DNA of 64,000 nucleotides from assembly GCA_003214695.1 (NCBI GenBank), contig QCLI01000002.1:4226-68225 (forward strand), read 5' to 3'. Shown here piece after piece: positions 22,051 to 33,215 of the stretch (positions are counted from its first letter, which is position 1; each line of letters starts with the position of its first letter). The notes under the pieces were generated by a model. The model was not told the DNA's origin, searched no databases, and saw only the letters and a program-made list of their open reading frames with translations. The position numbers and the translations under genes were made by a program. The DNA is from Prochlorococcus sp. AG-412-P08. Its GTDB lineage: Bacteria; Cyanobacteriota; Cyanobacteriia; PCC-6307; Cyanobiaceae.

Positions 22051-23214
22051 ATGCGCAATTTAATCAATATTCGAATACCAGGACCATTGAACACATCTCT
22101 CAATGAAGAGTTGTGGTGGGTTCAGGTTGATAAAAATGATGAGATATGCTCTGTAAAACCAATGTTAGATGGAGCAGAGCCATCTCTTAAGGATGAAGAT
22201 TGGCATGGTGATTTATTGAGTCCAAGAGGAGTAGACCTTCAAATTAATGGTGGACTTGGCTTATCTTTTACAGATTTCAATGTTCAACAATTACCGCAGT
22301 TAAATGAATTATTGGATCTTCTTTGGAGTGATGGCGTTGAAGCGATTGCACCAACACTGGTCAGTTGTAGTGTTTCATCTTTAAGAAATTCTTTAATGGC
22401 TTTTAGACAAGCCAGAAAGCAAAGCTCTAATAGGAGATGCAAGTTGCTTGGAGCACATATTGAAGGTCCTTTTTTGGCACCAACTTTTCAAGGAGCTCAT
22501 GATCCTAAGCAGATTTGTTTGCCAAGCTTGCATGCATTAAATGAAAGAATTAGAGGGTTTGAAGAGGAAATCGCTCTAGTTACTCTGGCTCCTGAGTTGC
22601 AAGGCTCTATAGAAGTTATACGAAAATTAAATGAGCTTGGAATTCTTGTTTCATTGGGGCATTCCGCAGCAAATACTGAACAATGCAAAGCTGCTTTTGA
22701 TTTAGGTGTCAGTATGATCACCCATTGCTTCAATGCAATGCCTGAAATAAATCACAGAGAGCCCGGCCCTGTTGCCGTTGCCCTTTTGCAAGATGAAATT
22801 GCGATAGGATTAATAGCGGATGGCGTCCATGTGCACCCTAATGTGGCTTTGCTTCTGCATAAGTTGGCTGCTAATCGACTGTTTGTAGTTAGTGATGCGT
22901 TGGCTCCTTATGGCTTGCAAGAGAAATGTTTTAAATGGGATCAAAGGCTTTTATACATTGAAGAGGGTTCTTGTAGATTGGGAGATGGCACTTTGGCTGG
23001 AACAACTTGTCCTTTGTTGAACGGCTGTATAAAACTTGCCAAATGGACTGGGAACCCTTCTTCTGCTATCTGGGCAGCAACAGTTTCTCCGAGACTGTTA
23101 TTTCAAAAAGGGAAAAAAATTCAGGAATTCTTTATTGGACGCTCTTTAAAGGAATTATTGAGATGGCAGTTTCATTTGGAATCTAATTTACTTAATTGGA
23201 AGCCAGCTGAGTAG
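22051..23214 (+). CDS. nagA: N-acetylglucosamine-6-phosphate deacetylase
   Basis: DLQING, HIEGPF, GAH, TLAPE, GHS, THCFNAM, ADGVHVHP, SDA and GTLAG. Confidence 0.92.
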   Translation: MRNLINIRIPGPLNTSLNEELWWVQVDKNDEICSVKPMLDGAEPSLKDEDWHGDLLSPRGVDLQINGGLGLSFTDFNVQQLPQLNELLDLLWSDGVEAIAPTLVSCSVSSLRNSLMAFRQARKQSSNRRCKLLGAHIEGPFLAPTFQGAHDPKQICLPSLHALNERIRGFEEEIALVTLAPELQGSIEVIRKLNELGILVSLGHSAANTEQCKAAFDLGVSMITHCFNAMPEINHREPGPVAVALLQDEIAIGLIADGVHVHPNVALLLHKLAANRLFVVSDALAPYGLQEKCFKWDQRLLYIEEGSCRLGDGTLAGTTCPLLNGCIKLAKWTGNPSSAIWAATVSPRLLFQKGKKIQEFFIGRSLKELLRWQFHLESNLLNWKPAE

Positions 23215-23241
23215 TATCGTCGTCTATCAATCTTTTTTTCA

Positions 23242-23958
23242 ATGACAGAGGAAGGTTTACAAGAACAAAAGCAGTCTGAGAAGGCTGAAGTCTTGACTTA
23301 TTTCAATGGTACTGGTTTTGAAAGGTGGAATAGAATTTATAGCAATAGTGATGATGTTAATAAGGTGCAACGGAATATTCGAATAGGGCACCAAAAAACT
23401 GTTGATGATGTGCTTTCTTGGATTAAAGAAGCTGGTGGAATAAGTCAACAATCATTTTGCGATGCAGGATGTGGTGTCGGGAGCCTTTCTTTGCCTCTTT
23501 TATCATTGGGAGCTGCTTCTGTTGCAGCAAGTGATATCTCAGATGCAATGGTTGCAGAGACTAAGCGAAGAGCAGAATTAGATGGGCTGGATTTAACTCG
23601 AATGACTTTTAAAACTTCTGATTTAGAGAGTTTGAATGGTTTGTTTCATACTGTAATTTGCCTGGATGTATTTATTCATTACCCACAGAAAGCAGCTGAA
23701 GAAATGGTTCGACATTTATGTAATTTAACTGAGAAACGGTTAATAGTAAGTTTTGCACCATATACTCCATTCCTAGCTTTATTAAAGATAATTGGTCAAT
23801 TTTTCCCTGGTCCAAGCAAAACTACAAGAGCTTACATTCTTAGAGAAAAAGGAATAGTGAATGCAGCATTTGAATGTGGCTTTAGAGTTAAACAAAGAAA
23901 ACTTAATCAAGCACCTTTTTATTTTTCGCAATTAGTTGAATTCGAAAAAATAAAATAG
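23242..23958 (+). CDS. chlM: Mg-protoporphyrin IX methyltransferase
   Basis: YFNGTGFERW..IY, DAGCGVG, CLDVFIHYP and FPGPSKTTRAY. Confidence 0.96.
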   Translation: MTEEGLQEQKQSEKAEVLTYFNGTGFERWNRIYSNSDDVNKVQRNIRIGHQKTVDDVLSWIKEAGGISQQSFCDAGCGVGSLSLPLLSLGAASVAASDISDAMVAETKRRAELDGLDLTRMTFKTSDLESLNGLFHTVICLDVFIHYPQKAAEEMVRHLCNLTEKRLIVSFAPYTPFLALLKIIGQFFPGPSKTTRAYILREKGIVNAAFECGFRVKQRKLNQAPFYFSQLVEFEKIK

Positions 23959-23961
23959 TTT

Positions 23962-24690
23962 TTAAGTCACAAGGTTATTCTCAAGTGCATATCTTACTAA
24001 TTCTGTTCTACTTGAAGTTCCTGTTTTTATGAATAGTCGACTGACGTACTTTTCTACGTTTCTAATAGATGTTTCTAGTTGCCTTGCTATTTCCTTATTC
24101 ATAAGTCCTTCTGCAACAAGTTGAAGAACACTTGCCTCTCTAGGAGTAAAGCTTGGAAGAATGAGATCTTTTCTTGCTGAATTTGTATCGTTCTGAGTCA
24201 GCATCGATTTGATCTCTGTAATTTGTTTAGCCATTTGACCAACATCTGTATCTGCAAAACGTGCGGCTTCTGCTAGTAATCGTTCTTGTCGCCTTACTAC
24301 ATTTTTGACTCTTGCAACTAATTCATCAGGATTGAATGGTTTTGAAATGTAATCATCAACTCCCGCTTCATAGCCCTGAGTTCGGTCTAATGTCATCCCC
24401 TTTGCAGTTAGAAAAATCACAGGTGTTCCGCCAAGACGCTCGTCTGAACGAAGTTTCTTTAGGAGCTCGTATCCATCACATCGAGGCATCATTACGTCAG
24501 TAATTACAACATCGGGCATCATTTGAGTTGCTTTTTGTAAGCCATCTTCTCCATCAATTGCAGTCGTAACATCAAAGCCTTCATCTTTTAAGTAGGCTTG
24601 TACAGCTGTTCTAATACCAGGCTCATCATCTATTAGTAAGATACGAGCGTTTTCTTGATTTTCTGGATTTTGAGCTAGTAGTTCTTCCAT
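23962..24690 (-). CDS. NarL/LuxR-family response regulator (Ycf29/Rre1-like)
   Basis: Receiver domain (IDDE, TDVMMP, FLTAK, KPF) plus HTH TPREASVLQLVAEGLMNKEIA...RNVEKYVSRL. Confidence 0.9.
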   Translation of the reverse strand: MEELLAQNPENQENARILLIDDEPGIRTAVQAYLKDEGFDVTTAIDGEDGLQKATQMMPDVVITDVMMPRCDGYELLKKLRSDERLGGTPVIFLTAKGMTLDRTQGYEAGVDDYISKPFNPDELVARVKNVVRRQERLLAEAARFADTDVGQMAKQITEIKSMLTQNDTNSARKDLILPSFTPREASVLQLVAEGLMNKEIARQLETSIRNVEKYVSRLFIKTGTSSRTELVRYALENNLVT

Positions 24691-24773
24691 GAAATTTAGT
24701 ATTGAGACTTTGGGACTTGTAAAGCAATATCATTCAGGATATTGATGTTTGGTTGACTTTCACGAATGAGTTA

Positions 24774-25922
24774 ATGAAGACTACGCCACTAGCTTTTGAT
24801 TATCAGTCAACTACACCTTGCTCTGAAGAGGTGTTGAAGGCCATGTCCCCTTACTGGACTGAGGTTTGGGGAAATCCTTCAAGTAAACAGAATCGCCTCG
24901 GTCTTAATGCGTCAGCAGCTATAACTGTTGCAAGAGAGAAATTAGCAGCTCTGCTGGATGTTCCCTCTCAGCGACTAATTTTTACTAGCGGTGCTACTGA
25001 AGCCAATAATTTGGCCTTGCTTGGTCATGCAAGGGCCAAAGCTTTGGAATATGGGAGTCCTGGTCATTTGATCACAATATCTACGGAGCATCACGCTGTA
25101 ATTCAGCCGTTGAGACAATTGCAAAAAGAAGGTTTTCGCGTTACGGAGTTAAGTCCTAATTCAGATGGAATGATTACTTTAGATAGTTTGAAGAATGTGT
25201 TTTCAGAGGATACTTTTTTGGTGAGTGCAATGCTTGCTAATAATGAAATTGGAGTTCTTCAACCTATTTCTGAAATCGCTTCTTTATGTAAATCTCGTGG
25301 AATTACTTTCCATTCAGATGTTGCACAAGGCTTTGGAAATGTTCCAATTGATTTTAAGAAGTTAGGTATTGATTTTGCAAGCATTAGTGGTCACAAACTG
25401 TATGGCCCAAAAGGCATTGGACTATTAATTGCCAATGAAACTTGTAATCTTATACCTTTGCAATGGGGAGGTAATCAAGAGAATGGAATTAGGGCTGGAA
25501 CTCTTCCCGTACCTTTAGTGGTTGGATTTGTGAAGGCCGCAGAACTTGCAATTGAACACTTAGATGATCATTACAAATATCTCAAAGATCTTCGAGATCA
25601 ACTTTGGCAAGGTTTAAATAAGGAAATTCCTGATCTGATCATTAATGGTTCGTTGGAAAGGAGATTGCCTAATAATTTAAATTTCACGGTAGGTGGGGTC
25701 ATTGGTTCTCTATTACATAAACAATTAAGACCTCTCATCTCTTGTAGTAGTGGTTCTGCATGCAGTAATGGATCTCCTTCCCATGTGCTTATTTCTCTTG
25801 GAAGGACAACTCAACAGGCTGAGGCATCATTGCGTCTTAGTGTCGGTCGCTCAACAACATTAAAGGATGTCGATATAGCTGTAAAAGCTATTTCAAATGT
25901 GGTGCGAAAGTTACGTGGCTAA
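24774..25922 (+). CDS. Cysteine desulfurase (IscS/NifS group I)
   Basis: DYQSTTP, FTSGATEANN, SGHKLYGPKG (PLP Lys) and SSGSACS (catalytic Cys). Confidence 0.92.
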   Translation: MKTTPLAFDYQSTTPCSEEVLKAMSPYWTEVWGNPSSKQNRLGLNASAAITVAREKLAALLDVPSQRLIFTSGATEANNLALLGHARAKALEYGSPGHLITISTEHHAVIQPLRQLQKEGFRVTELSPNSDGMITLDSLKNVFSEDTFLVSAMLANNEIGVLQPISEIASLCKSRGITFHSDVAQGFGNVPIDFKKLGIDFASISGHKLYGPKGIGLLIANETCNLIPLQWGGNQENGIRAGTLPVPLVVGFVKAAELAIEHLDDHYKYLKDLRDQLWQGLNKEIPDLIINGSLERRLPNNLNFTVGGVIGSLLHKQLRPLISCSSGSACSNGSPSHVLISLGRTTQQAEASLRLSVGRSTTLKDVDIAVKAISNVVRKLRG

Positions 25923-25930
25923 TAGACCTC

Positions 25931-26836
25931 TCAAGCTTTCATTGCTATTCGAAATTTGGCACTTCTGCTACGAATATTCAATAACTTTTCTTCAGCGCTT
26001 GCAACAATTGGTTTACGAGTGATTCTCTCTAAACGTTCATCCTTCATAAACGAATGTTTGACTAATCTATCTTCAAGAGAATGAAAACTAATTATTCCTA
26101 TAAAACCTCCTGGCAACAGCCAATTTGGTGCTTCCACCAGCAGCTTTTCTAAAGCTTCTAGTTCATTGTTAATAGCTATTCGTAAAGCTTGAAAAGTTTT
26201 AGTCGCAGGATGAATGCGTCTATTGCGGAACTTTGCTGGATAACAACTTGCGATTGTGGAAGCAAGAGAAGCTGTTCCTGCATAAGGGTTATTGGCCAAT
26301 AAATCTTGTTTTATGCTTCTTGCTATACGTCTTGAGAATCTCTCTTCACCAAATTTATAAATCAAATCAGCGAGAGCTTTTTCATCAGTTTCTTGTATTA
26401 ATTTTGCAGCTGTAAGATCTTTTTGAGGGTTCATTCGCATGTCTAATGGTCCATCTAAACGGAAACTAAAACCCCTTTTTGCTTCATCAATTTGTGGACT
26501 ACTGACCCCTAGATCAGCAAAAATAAATGAAACTTTTTCTTCTGGAACAAAGTCAGCAAAATTGGATGCAAGAATTTTGACTCTTGAACCATAATTTTCT
26601 AGTCGATCTGTGGCTGCACTTATAGCTGTTGGGTCTTGATCTAAGCCAATTATGTGAAGATTTGGATAGGTTTCGAGGACTAATGATGCATGTCCTCCTC
26701 CGCCAATAGTTGCATCAATTAGCTTCCCTTTTGTCAGTAATGTTGCTGGAAGTTGGCTAATTGCATCTATTACTTCTCGAGAGAGAACAGGTGTGTGTTT
26801 GAATTTGGATGTGACAATCTTTGATTCTTCTTTCAT
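25931..26836 (-). CDS. rsmH: 16S rRNA m4C1402 methyltransferase
   Basis: [34 protein letters not shown] and SFHSLEDR. Confidence 0.96.
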   Translation of the reverse strand: MKEESKIVTSKFKHTPVLSREVIDAISQLPATLLTKGKLIDATIGGGGHASLVLETYPNLHIIGLDQDPTAISAATDRLENYGSRVKILASNFADFVPEEKVSFIFADLGVSSPQIDEAKRGFSFRLDGPLDMRMNPQKDLTAAKLIQETDEKALADLIYKFGEERFSRRIARSIKQDLLANNPYAGTASLASTIASCYPAKFRNRRIHPATKTFQALRIAINNELEALEKLLVEAPNWLLPGGFIGIISFHSLEDRLVKHSFMKDERLERITRKPIVASAEEKLLNIRSRSAKFRIAMKA

Positions 26837-26880
26837 AAGTAGTTCCTAATATCTAAGTATCTCTGTAAATGTTTGGCCCC

Positions 26881-28065
26881 ATGACGCAGCTGGAAACTCG
26901 AACGGAGCCAATGGTGGTCAATTTTGGCCCTCATCATCCTTCAATGCATGGTGTTCTGCGTTTAGTAGTCACACTTGATGGAGAAGATGTAATTGATTGT
27001 GAGCCAGTAATTGGATATCTACATCGTGGCATGGAGAAAATTGCTGAAAATAGAACAAATGTGATGTTTGTTCCTTATGTAAGTCGTATGGACTATGCGG
27101 CAGGGATGTTTTATGAGGCAATCGTTGTCAATGCGCCTGAACGTTTAGCAAATATCTCTATACCCAAGCGTGCAAGTTATATTCGTGTCTTAATGTTGGA
27201 ATTAAATCGGATCGCTAATCACCTTCTTTGGTTAGGACCATTTTTAGCAGATGTCGGCGCTCAAACTCCCTTTTTCTATATTTTTAGAGAGCGTGAAATG
27301 ATTTATGACCTTTGGGAAGCAGCAACTGGCCAAAGGTTAATCAACAATAACTTCTTTAGAATAGGAGGAGTCGCTTGTGATTTGCCATGGGGGTGGCTTG
27401 AGAAGTGTAGGGATTTTTGTAATTGGTTTGCCCCAAAGATTGATGAATATGAAAAACTTATTACTAATAACCCAATTTTCAGACGTCGTATTGAAGGGTT
27501 GGGAGCAATCTCTAAAGAACAAGCACTTAATTGGAGCTTGTCTGGGCCAATGTTACGTGCATCAGGTGTTCCTTGGGACTTGAGGAAGGTTGATCAATAT
27601 GAATGTTATGACGATTTTGATTGGAATGTTGCCTGTGAACAGGAGGGGGATTGTTTTGCTAGGTACAGAGTAAGAATTGAGGAGATGCGCCAATCTTTAA
27701 AGATTTTAATTCAGGCATGTGACTCTATCCCTGGTGGACCTACCGAGAATCTTGAGGCTTCTCGACAGGCAGAGGGAAAAAATAGTCCTTTTGCAGGGTT
27801 TGACTATCAGTACGTTGCTAAGAAAGTGGCACCAACTTTTAAGATCCCTAATGGTGAGCTGTATACACGCTTAGAATCAGGCAAGGGAGAAATAGGTGTT
27901 TTTATTCAAGGGAATAATGATGTTACACCTTGGAGATTTAAAATACGTGCTGCTGATTTAAATAACCTACAAATTCTCCCTCATATTTTAAAAGGTGCGA
28001 AAGTAGCGGATATTATGGCCATTCTTGGCTCGATAGACGTTATTATGGGTTCAGTAGATCGATAA
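26881..28065 (+). CDS. ndhH: NDH-1 subunit H
   Basis: [24 protein letters not shown] and C-terminal MGSVDR. Confidence 0.98.
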   Translation: MTQLETRTEPMVVNFGPHHPSMHGVLRLVVTLDGEDVIDCEPVIGYLHRGMEKIAENRTNVMFVPYVSRMDYAAGMFYEAIVVNAPERLANISIPKRASYIRVLMLELNRIANHLLWLGPFLADVGAQTPFFYIFREREMIYDLWEAATGQRLINNNFFRIGGVACDLPWGWLEKCRDFCNWFAPKIDEYEKLITNNPIFRRRIEGLGAISKEQALNWSLSGPMLRASGVPWDLRKVDQYECYDDFDWNVACEQEGDCFARYRVRIEEMRQSLKILIQACDSIPGGPTENLEASRQAEGKNSPFAGFDYQYVAKKVAPTFKIPNGELYTRLESGKGEIGVFIQGNNDVTPWRFKIRAADLNNLQILPHILKGAKVADIMAILGSIDVIMGSVDR

Positions 28066-28067
28066 TT

Positions 28068-28514
28068 ATGTTGTCATCTACTAATCCTAAAGATTGGTTA
28101 TTTTTAGAACGCATTGCTCGCTTTGGGGATACTGATGCTGCAGGTGTTATTCACTTTTATCATTTATTAAGCTGGTCCCATGAGGCTTGGGAAGAAAGCT
28201 TGCAGGTTTTTGGACTCAAGGCAATAGATATTTTTCCTTCTCTAGTAGAGATAAAGTCTTTAATTCCTATTGCTTTACCAATTGTGCATTGCGAGGCAGA
28301 TTTTATGGCTCCTATTCGGATAGAAGATCACTTAGAGATTGAATTATCCCCGTTGAGATTAGATGCTGGTTGTTTTCAAGTTAAATATGATTTTAAAAAA
28401 GGCAAAAATATAGTCGCACATTCTTTAATCAGACATCGTGCAATTCATACTGAGTTACGACACTCTTGTGACTTACCTGAACAGATTGATCGTTGGTTAG
28501 AAGCATCCTCTTGA
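28068..28514 (+). CDS. Hotdog-fold thioesterase, probable DHNA-CoA hydrolase
   Basis: RFGDTDAAGVIHF, HEAWEESL and LPIVHCEADF; adjacent to the men genes. Confidence 0.85.
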   Translation: MLSSTNPKDWLFLERIARFGDTDAAGVIHFYHLLSWSHEAWEESLQVFGLKAIDIFPSLVEIKSLIPIALPIVHCEADFMAPIRIEDHLEIELSPLRLDAGCFQVKYDFKKGKNIVAHSLIRHRAIHTELRHSCDLPEQIDRWLEASS

Positions 28515-28524
28515 AGAAGAGGGA

Positions 28525-29775
28525 TTAGATCTCTTTAGCGTTTAACCAAGACTGCCATTTCTTTATTTCCCATTTTCCTAAGGGATTAGTTGATAGTTCA
28601 GGACAGTTGTGCCATGCAATTGGTCTTTCAATAGAAGACCAATTTGCAACAATTTCCTTTAGTTGATGGAATAGCTTGAATGAATTAATTTTTTCTTGCG
28701 AAGTTTGAAACTTGACAAGTGCCTCTAACCTTTCTCCCCACTCCTCATCCTTTTTAGGTATAAGTAAAATATTATCTATAGGAAGACCTCTCTTTTTAGC
28801 ATCATTCAGCAGAAGAGTTTGAAGTTGTTCGGGAAAAATAGTTTCTCCTCCAGAATTTATGGCAGTATCTCTTCTTCCTATAATTTTTAATTGTTGGATG
28901 TGATCACAAATGGTTAGTTGTGCGGCATCTCCTGATTCCCACCAGCCATCTTTATTTGCAATTGATTGAAGGCTTCCATCTGCATTGAGTACGTTGGCTA
29001 GTCTTTTTGTACGAATATGCAACGCATTTGATTGCTCAAGCTTTAATTCAATATCCTCTAATGCCTCTCCTACAGAGTCTATGCCTAATAAAAAATCTTT
29101 TGGATTTTGGGCTGTTACCATTGCCGCAGTTTCAGTTGCTCCATAGCATGGTGCTAAACGAATTCTTAGACTCCTTGCTTTTGCGGCTAGGTTGTCTGAA
29201 ATGGAAGCACCCCCGATCCATATAACAGAGAATAATTGTAAACACTTAACCCCTGAAGAGTCATCAATGAGGCGAGAGAGTTGTGTTGGCACTAACGATG
29301 TAAGCAGCGGTCCTGTATTCATAGAAATCATGCTATGGATTGTACTTTCTAGTTGTCTTGGAAGATGCATCATGCTTGGCTTGATCCAAAGATGCTTTGC
29401 CCCCCAGCAAAGGCTTCTCCACCAAGGTAGTAATCCACTTACATGGTGAAGGGGTAACGTGTTTACGATATTGCACTGTCTAGGCTCTATCCCTTGGGCT
29501 CTTAGCCACTGGGCTGTTGCGAATGCTGACATATTTAGATTACTACAAGGGTGTAGACATTGCTTATGTCCATTGAGACTTCCTCCACTCCTAATAATTA
29601 CTCCAGCTTCTTTAGCTAGAATATCCTTTGTTATAAGCTTTTGGTTTTCATCTCCATCAGCTAGTAATTGAACCCAATTTCCAGCATTTAGGTTATACTT
29701 AAGCTTCTGGGAGCATTTTTCTAGCTTATTACGATTACAAAAGATTGCCGTAACTTTTGTCATGCTGCTTCCCAT
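28525..29775 (-). CDS. menE: O-succinylbenzoate-CoA ligase
   Basis: LPLHHVSGL, SLVPTQL, YGATET, GRRD..INSGGE and GKW; lies in a men operon. Confidence 0.85.
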   Translation of the reverse strand: MGSSMTKVTAIFCNRNKLEKCSQKLKYNLNAGNWVQLLADGDENQKLITKDILAKEAGVIIRSGGSLNGHKQCLHPCSNLNMSAFATAQWLRAQGIEPRQCNIVNTLPLHHVSGLLPWWRSLCWGAKHLWIKPSMMHLPRQLESTIHSMISMNTGPLLTSLVPTQLSRLIDDSSGVKCLQLFSVIWIGGASISDNLAAKARSLRIRLAPCYGATETAAMVTAQNPKDFLLGIDSVGEALEDIELKLEQSNALHIRTKRLANVLNADGSLQSIANKDGWWESGDAAQLTICDHIQQLKIIGRRDTAINSGGETIFPEQLQTLLLNDAKKRGLPIDNILLIPKKDEEWGERLEALVKFQTSQEKINSFKLFHQLKEIVANWSSIERPIAWHNCPELSTNPLGKWEIKKWQSWLNAKEI

Positions 29776-30734
29776 ACTGTTTTTGGGTTTTTGTTAAACA
29801 GAGGACTACTTGGTAACCAACCTGGGGCAAGTCCAGGTTGAGTAGGCGTAGAACTTTCTTGTTGCAAGGCTGCTAGATGTTCGACCCAACGTCGACCGAT
29901 TCCTGTTTCAAAAGAAGTGCTTATAACTCGATAACCTGTTTTATTAGTTAATTCTTTCAGTAAAATCATAGGATCTCCTTCTAATGCTGGCCTACGAATC
30001 TGCCAGCTTTTCCAGGTCTTGCGCAAAGATGGTGTTTTGATTAAGGATTCGTCAAGAGCCACTGGAATGTGTTGAGCGAGCTCTTCTAAGCCTTCAATGT
30101 CTCCTACAGGAAGAGGTTGCTCTAGCCATTCTAGCCTTGGCTCTTGATGCAATTCTTGGGCCCATTCTTTAGCTTGATTTCGACTCCAACCACAATTTGC
30201 GTCAATTCTTAAAAGAACGTCATTTGGTAATTTTTTCAAGATTTTTTGGAGGAGAACTGATTCAACTTCATTTGAGTAATTAGCAACCTTCCACTTAAAG
30301 GTTAGTGCTTTTGTGCAATTATCATATTGATTTTCAAGAGTGGAATCTAGGCATTTGAGCAGTTCTAATTCATTGCTGGGCAATAAAACTGCTGATGAAG
30401 AAACTTGTAGCCATTTTTGTTTTGTCCCATACCCAATTAGACAGTTCATTTCAGCGAGCGCCGCTCCAAATGCAAATCCTATGGGTCCTGGCCATGATTT
30501 AATTTGACTCTCTAAACTCTCTTTGGTTGGTGAGCTACTAAGCTTTGCAAGTATCTTTTTGCATTGATTTAGTTCTGAAGAATTTAGTGGAGAAATTTCT
30601 CCCCACCCAACTCGACTGTTTTGATCTTGAAGTTTTATGAGCCATCCTTCTTTTCTGGTAATAATTTGCTGAGATGTTTGGATAGGTTTCAGTAGATGAA
30701 ACGAAAAAGGTTTGATCTCTAATCTTAGTTCCAT
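29760..30734 (-). CDS. menC: O-succinylbenzoate synthase
   Basis: GWGEISPL, KWKV, RIDAN, LEQP and ALDESL (enolase superfamily). Confidence 0.88.
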   Translation of the reverse strand: MELRLEIKPFSFHLLKPIQTSQQIITRKEGWLIKLQDQNSRVGWGEISPLNSSELNQCKKILAKLSSSPTKESLESQIKSWPGPIGFAFGAALAEMNCLIGYGTKQKWLQVSSSAVLLPSNELELLKCLDSTLENQYDNCTKALTFKWKVANYSNEVESVLLQKILKKLPNDVLLRIDANCGWSRNQAKEWAQELHQEPRLEWLEQPLPVGDIEGLEELAQHIPVALDESLIKTPSLRKTWKSWQIRRPALEGDPMILLKELTNKTGYRVISTSFETGIGRRWVEHLAALQQESSTPTQPGLAPGWLPSSPLFNKNPKTVWEAA

Positions 30735-30750
30735 AAATTATGTCAGTTTC

Positions 30751-31707
30751 TCAGAATGTATTTAAATACTTACCTAGGGCTAAACCCACGCTTAAACCAA
30801 TGCCATTTAGAGCTTGAAAACGTAAAGCCATAAATTTACTTCCACTAATTAATGTGGGTTGATTGTGGTGTTGCTTAAGTAAACGTATGAGTTTTATAGC
30901 AGGAGGTACTCCAATTATTCCTAGGAAGGCAGTAATTGGCCATTTGCCTAACAATATCGGAATCCATTCAAGGCTAAGACTTAGCCCAATAAACCATGGA
31001 ATTAGTTCAGCCGCTTTTTGTGTACCTATACGAACCAATAATGTTTTTTTCCCGTGAGCTGAATCTTCTATAACTTGATGGAAATTGGCGCAAAACAGAA
31101 CTAATGATGTTGCTACTGCAGGACCTGCACCAAGCAAGGTGGCTGTTCCCCAAGGAATTGAATTTACATTGTTTGAATAAGGTGCAAGGACTAAGAGGGC
31201 TGCAGCTGTTGCTAAGGGGCCAAATGCAATCCAGCATAAAGGTTCCCCCCACCCTTGGTAGCCAAGTCGAAATGGAGGACCTTGATATAAATAGCCTAGG
31301 CAGCAGCTTCCTATTACTAAGAGGAAAACTGCAAAGTGACTGTTTAATGCGAGCATTAGAATTAATGCAAGACCTAAGGCAAGCATGCAATAAGCGAGAT
31401 TTCGAATAAGCTTCCGTTTGCCAGTTAGTGCTACAACTGAATGAAGTTTGAATTCATCTATTCCTGTCGATGCGTCAAAAAGATCGTTTGTTAGGTTCTC
31501 CCAGATTAAAAGCAAAATAGATGCAAGCAGAAAACCTAGAAGGTGATCGATGCGAATAATTTCGCCTGTTCCATGCTTCCAGCCTGCGGCCAATATTATT
31601 GGCATAATTGCGACTGAATATAGTGGCCATTTAATTGCTTTTTTCCATAATTTCTTTCTGCTGTTTCTTGAAGAATGAAGTGATGCAACAGCATTTTTGT
31701 CTTTCAT
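30751..31707 (-). CDS. menA: DHNA prenyl(phytyl)transferase
   Basis: AIKWPLYSVA, NDLFD..TGID, YQGPPFRLGY and D..HGK.T..VR. Confidence 0.92.
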   Translation of the reverse strand: MKDKNAVASLHSSRNSRKKLWKKAIKWPLYSVAIMPIILAAGWKHGTGEIIRIDHLLGFLLASILLLIWENLTNDLFDASTGIDEFKLHSVVALTGKRKLIRNLAYCMLALGLALILMLALNSHFAVFLLVIGSCCLGYLYQGPPFRLGYQGWGEPLCWIAFGPLATAAALLVLAPYSNNVNSIPWGTATLLGAGPAVATSLVLFCANFHQVIEDSAHGKKTLLVRIGTQKAAELIPWFIGLSLSLEWIPILLGKWPITAFLGIIGVPPAIKLIRLLKQHHNQPTLISGSKFMALRFQALNGIGLSVGLALGKYLNTF

Positions 31708-31772
31708 AGGATTTTGAGCTCCCGCTCCTAGTCTGAATTACGATTTATCTATTTGATTAGTCTCTTTCATCA

Positions 31773-33215
31773 TTGCCCAAATCAGCCATGAAGACTAGTC
31801 TCACATTCAGTGAAATTCTTCAAGTTTCTTTAAGAAACTGGGCTTTAAGGCGATCTGATGAGTGTGTCTTAAGTCTGGCATTACCAATAAATACTGTTGA
31901 TCCAGTTAATTCCTTAACTGTAATTGCTGATCAGTTGCAATTTAGCTTTCTTTGGGATCAGTTGCCTGGTCTTTCTATAGCTGCTTCAGGCCAATGCCAA
32001 AATTTCGATTTAATTGGTCCTCGGAGATTTGAATTAGCACAAAGGTTCAGCGATGAGACTCTTGAAAGGTTGATTGATTTATCCCCTGAGTCTCCTAATC
32101 ATGCGAAGCCTAGGATTTTATTTAAATTTACTTTTTTTGAGCAAGCTGCTCATGATAAGAAGGTGGTTAAAAGTACTCCTGGCGTTCAGGCAGTACTCCC
32201 TCGCTGGCAATTGACCCGTCAAGCTGGGAGTTGCTGGTTAAGACTGAATGCTGTAGTTGCTAATGAAACTGATGTAAGAGATTTTGTGGAGCAATTATGG
32301 TTGATGCGCCAAAAGGTTAATGGATCAAGATCAGCTTTAGACAAGATTCCCAAGCTAATGAAAATAGATTTAACGATACCAGTCTCTCAGACCTGGCAGA
32401 AAAGTTATCGATTAGCACTTGAAAAAGGTATTGATTTAGTTGATTCTGGTGAATTGAATAAATTGGTTCTTGCAGTTCGACAGTTGGTCTTACTTAATAA
32501 GCCTTTAGATCATCTTGCATTACTTACTAGTTTGAGAAGATATCAAAAGGGAAGTTGCCGTTTTCTTTGGAAGCGTTCTCATGATGAATCATTCTTTGGA
32601 GCTTCGCCAGAACGATTATTAAGTATCAAGAAAACTATTTTGCAAACTGATGCGCTTGCAGGTACAGCAGGTTGTCATGAAGAAGGATGGGATTTGCTTA
32701 GGTCTGAGAAAAACTTAAGGGAGCATGAATTAGTTGTTTCATCCATAACTAATCAATTGATTGAGAAAGGCTTAGTTCCAATCCGTCTTAGGCCTCCTCG
32801 ATTAGCAAGGCACGGCCATCTCATTCACTTACATACGCCATTAAAAGCTTCCTCAAATGGCCTTTCTGCTCTTGAATTGGTCGAAACATTACACCCCACT
32901 CCTGCGGTTGCTGGCTTGCCAAGAAGTAAAGCAATGCAATGGTTAAGAACTTTGGAACCTTTTGATCGTGAATCTTATGCTGCCCCTATTGGATGGGTAG
33001 ATAATCTTGGTAATGCCGACTTTAGAGTTGCTATTCGATGCGGATATACGAAAGGTAGTCATTTGTTCTTAATGGCTGGAGCAGGATTGGTTAAAGGGTC
33101 ATTGTTAGAGAGTGAGTTACATGAAGTTGAATTGAAATTGGCTGTTTTAGCTGATCAGTTAGAGCTTAATTCTTCTCCTCAAGGGAAATCTCTTAGTAGA
33201 CGCTCTATTACTTGA
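31773..33215 (+). CDS. menF: Isochorismate synthase
   Basis: [26 protein letters not shown] and AGAGLV. Confidence 0.92.
   Translation: MPKSAMKTSLTFSEILQVSLRNWALRRSDECVLSLALPINTVDPVNSLTVIADQLQFSFLWDQLPGLSIAASGQCQNFDLIGPRRFELAQRFSDETLERLIDLSPESPNHAKPRILFKFTFFEQAAHDKKVVKSTPGVQAVLPRWQLTRQAGSCWLRLNAVVANETDVRDFVEQLWLMRQKVNGSRSALDKIPKLMKIDLTIPVSQTWQKSYRLALEKGIDLVDSGELNKLVLAVRQLVLLNKPLDHLALLTSLRRYQKGSCRFLWKRSHDESFFGASPERLLSIKKTILQTDALAGTAGCHEEGWDLLRSEKNLREHELVVSSITNQLIEKGLVPIRLRPPRLARHGHLIHLHTPLKASSNGLSALELVETLHPTPAVAGLPRSKAMQWLRTLEPFDRESYAAPIGWVDNLGNADFRVAIRCGYTKGSHLFLMAGAGLVKGSLLESELHEVELKLAVLADQLELNSSPQGKSLSRRSIT

Noticed and set aside
25931-26836. rsmH outside a dcw cluster; also scpA without scpB, trpB without trpA, purE without purK
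   Set aside because: Dispersed pathway genes are normal in cyanobacteria.
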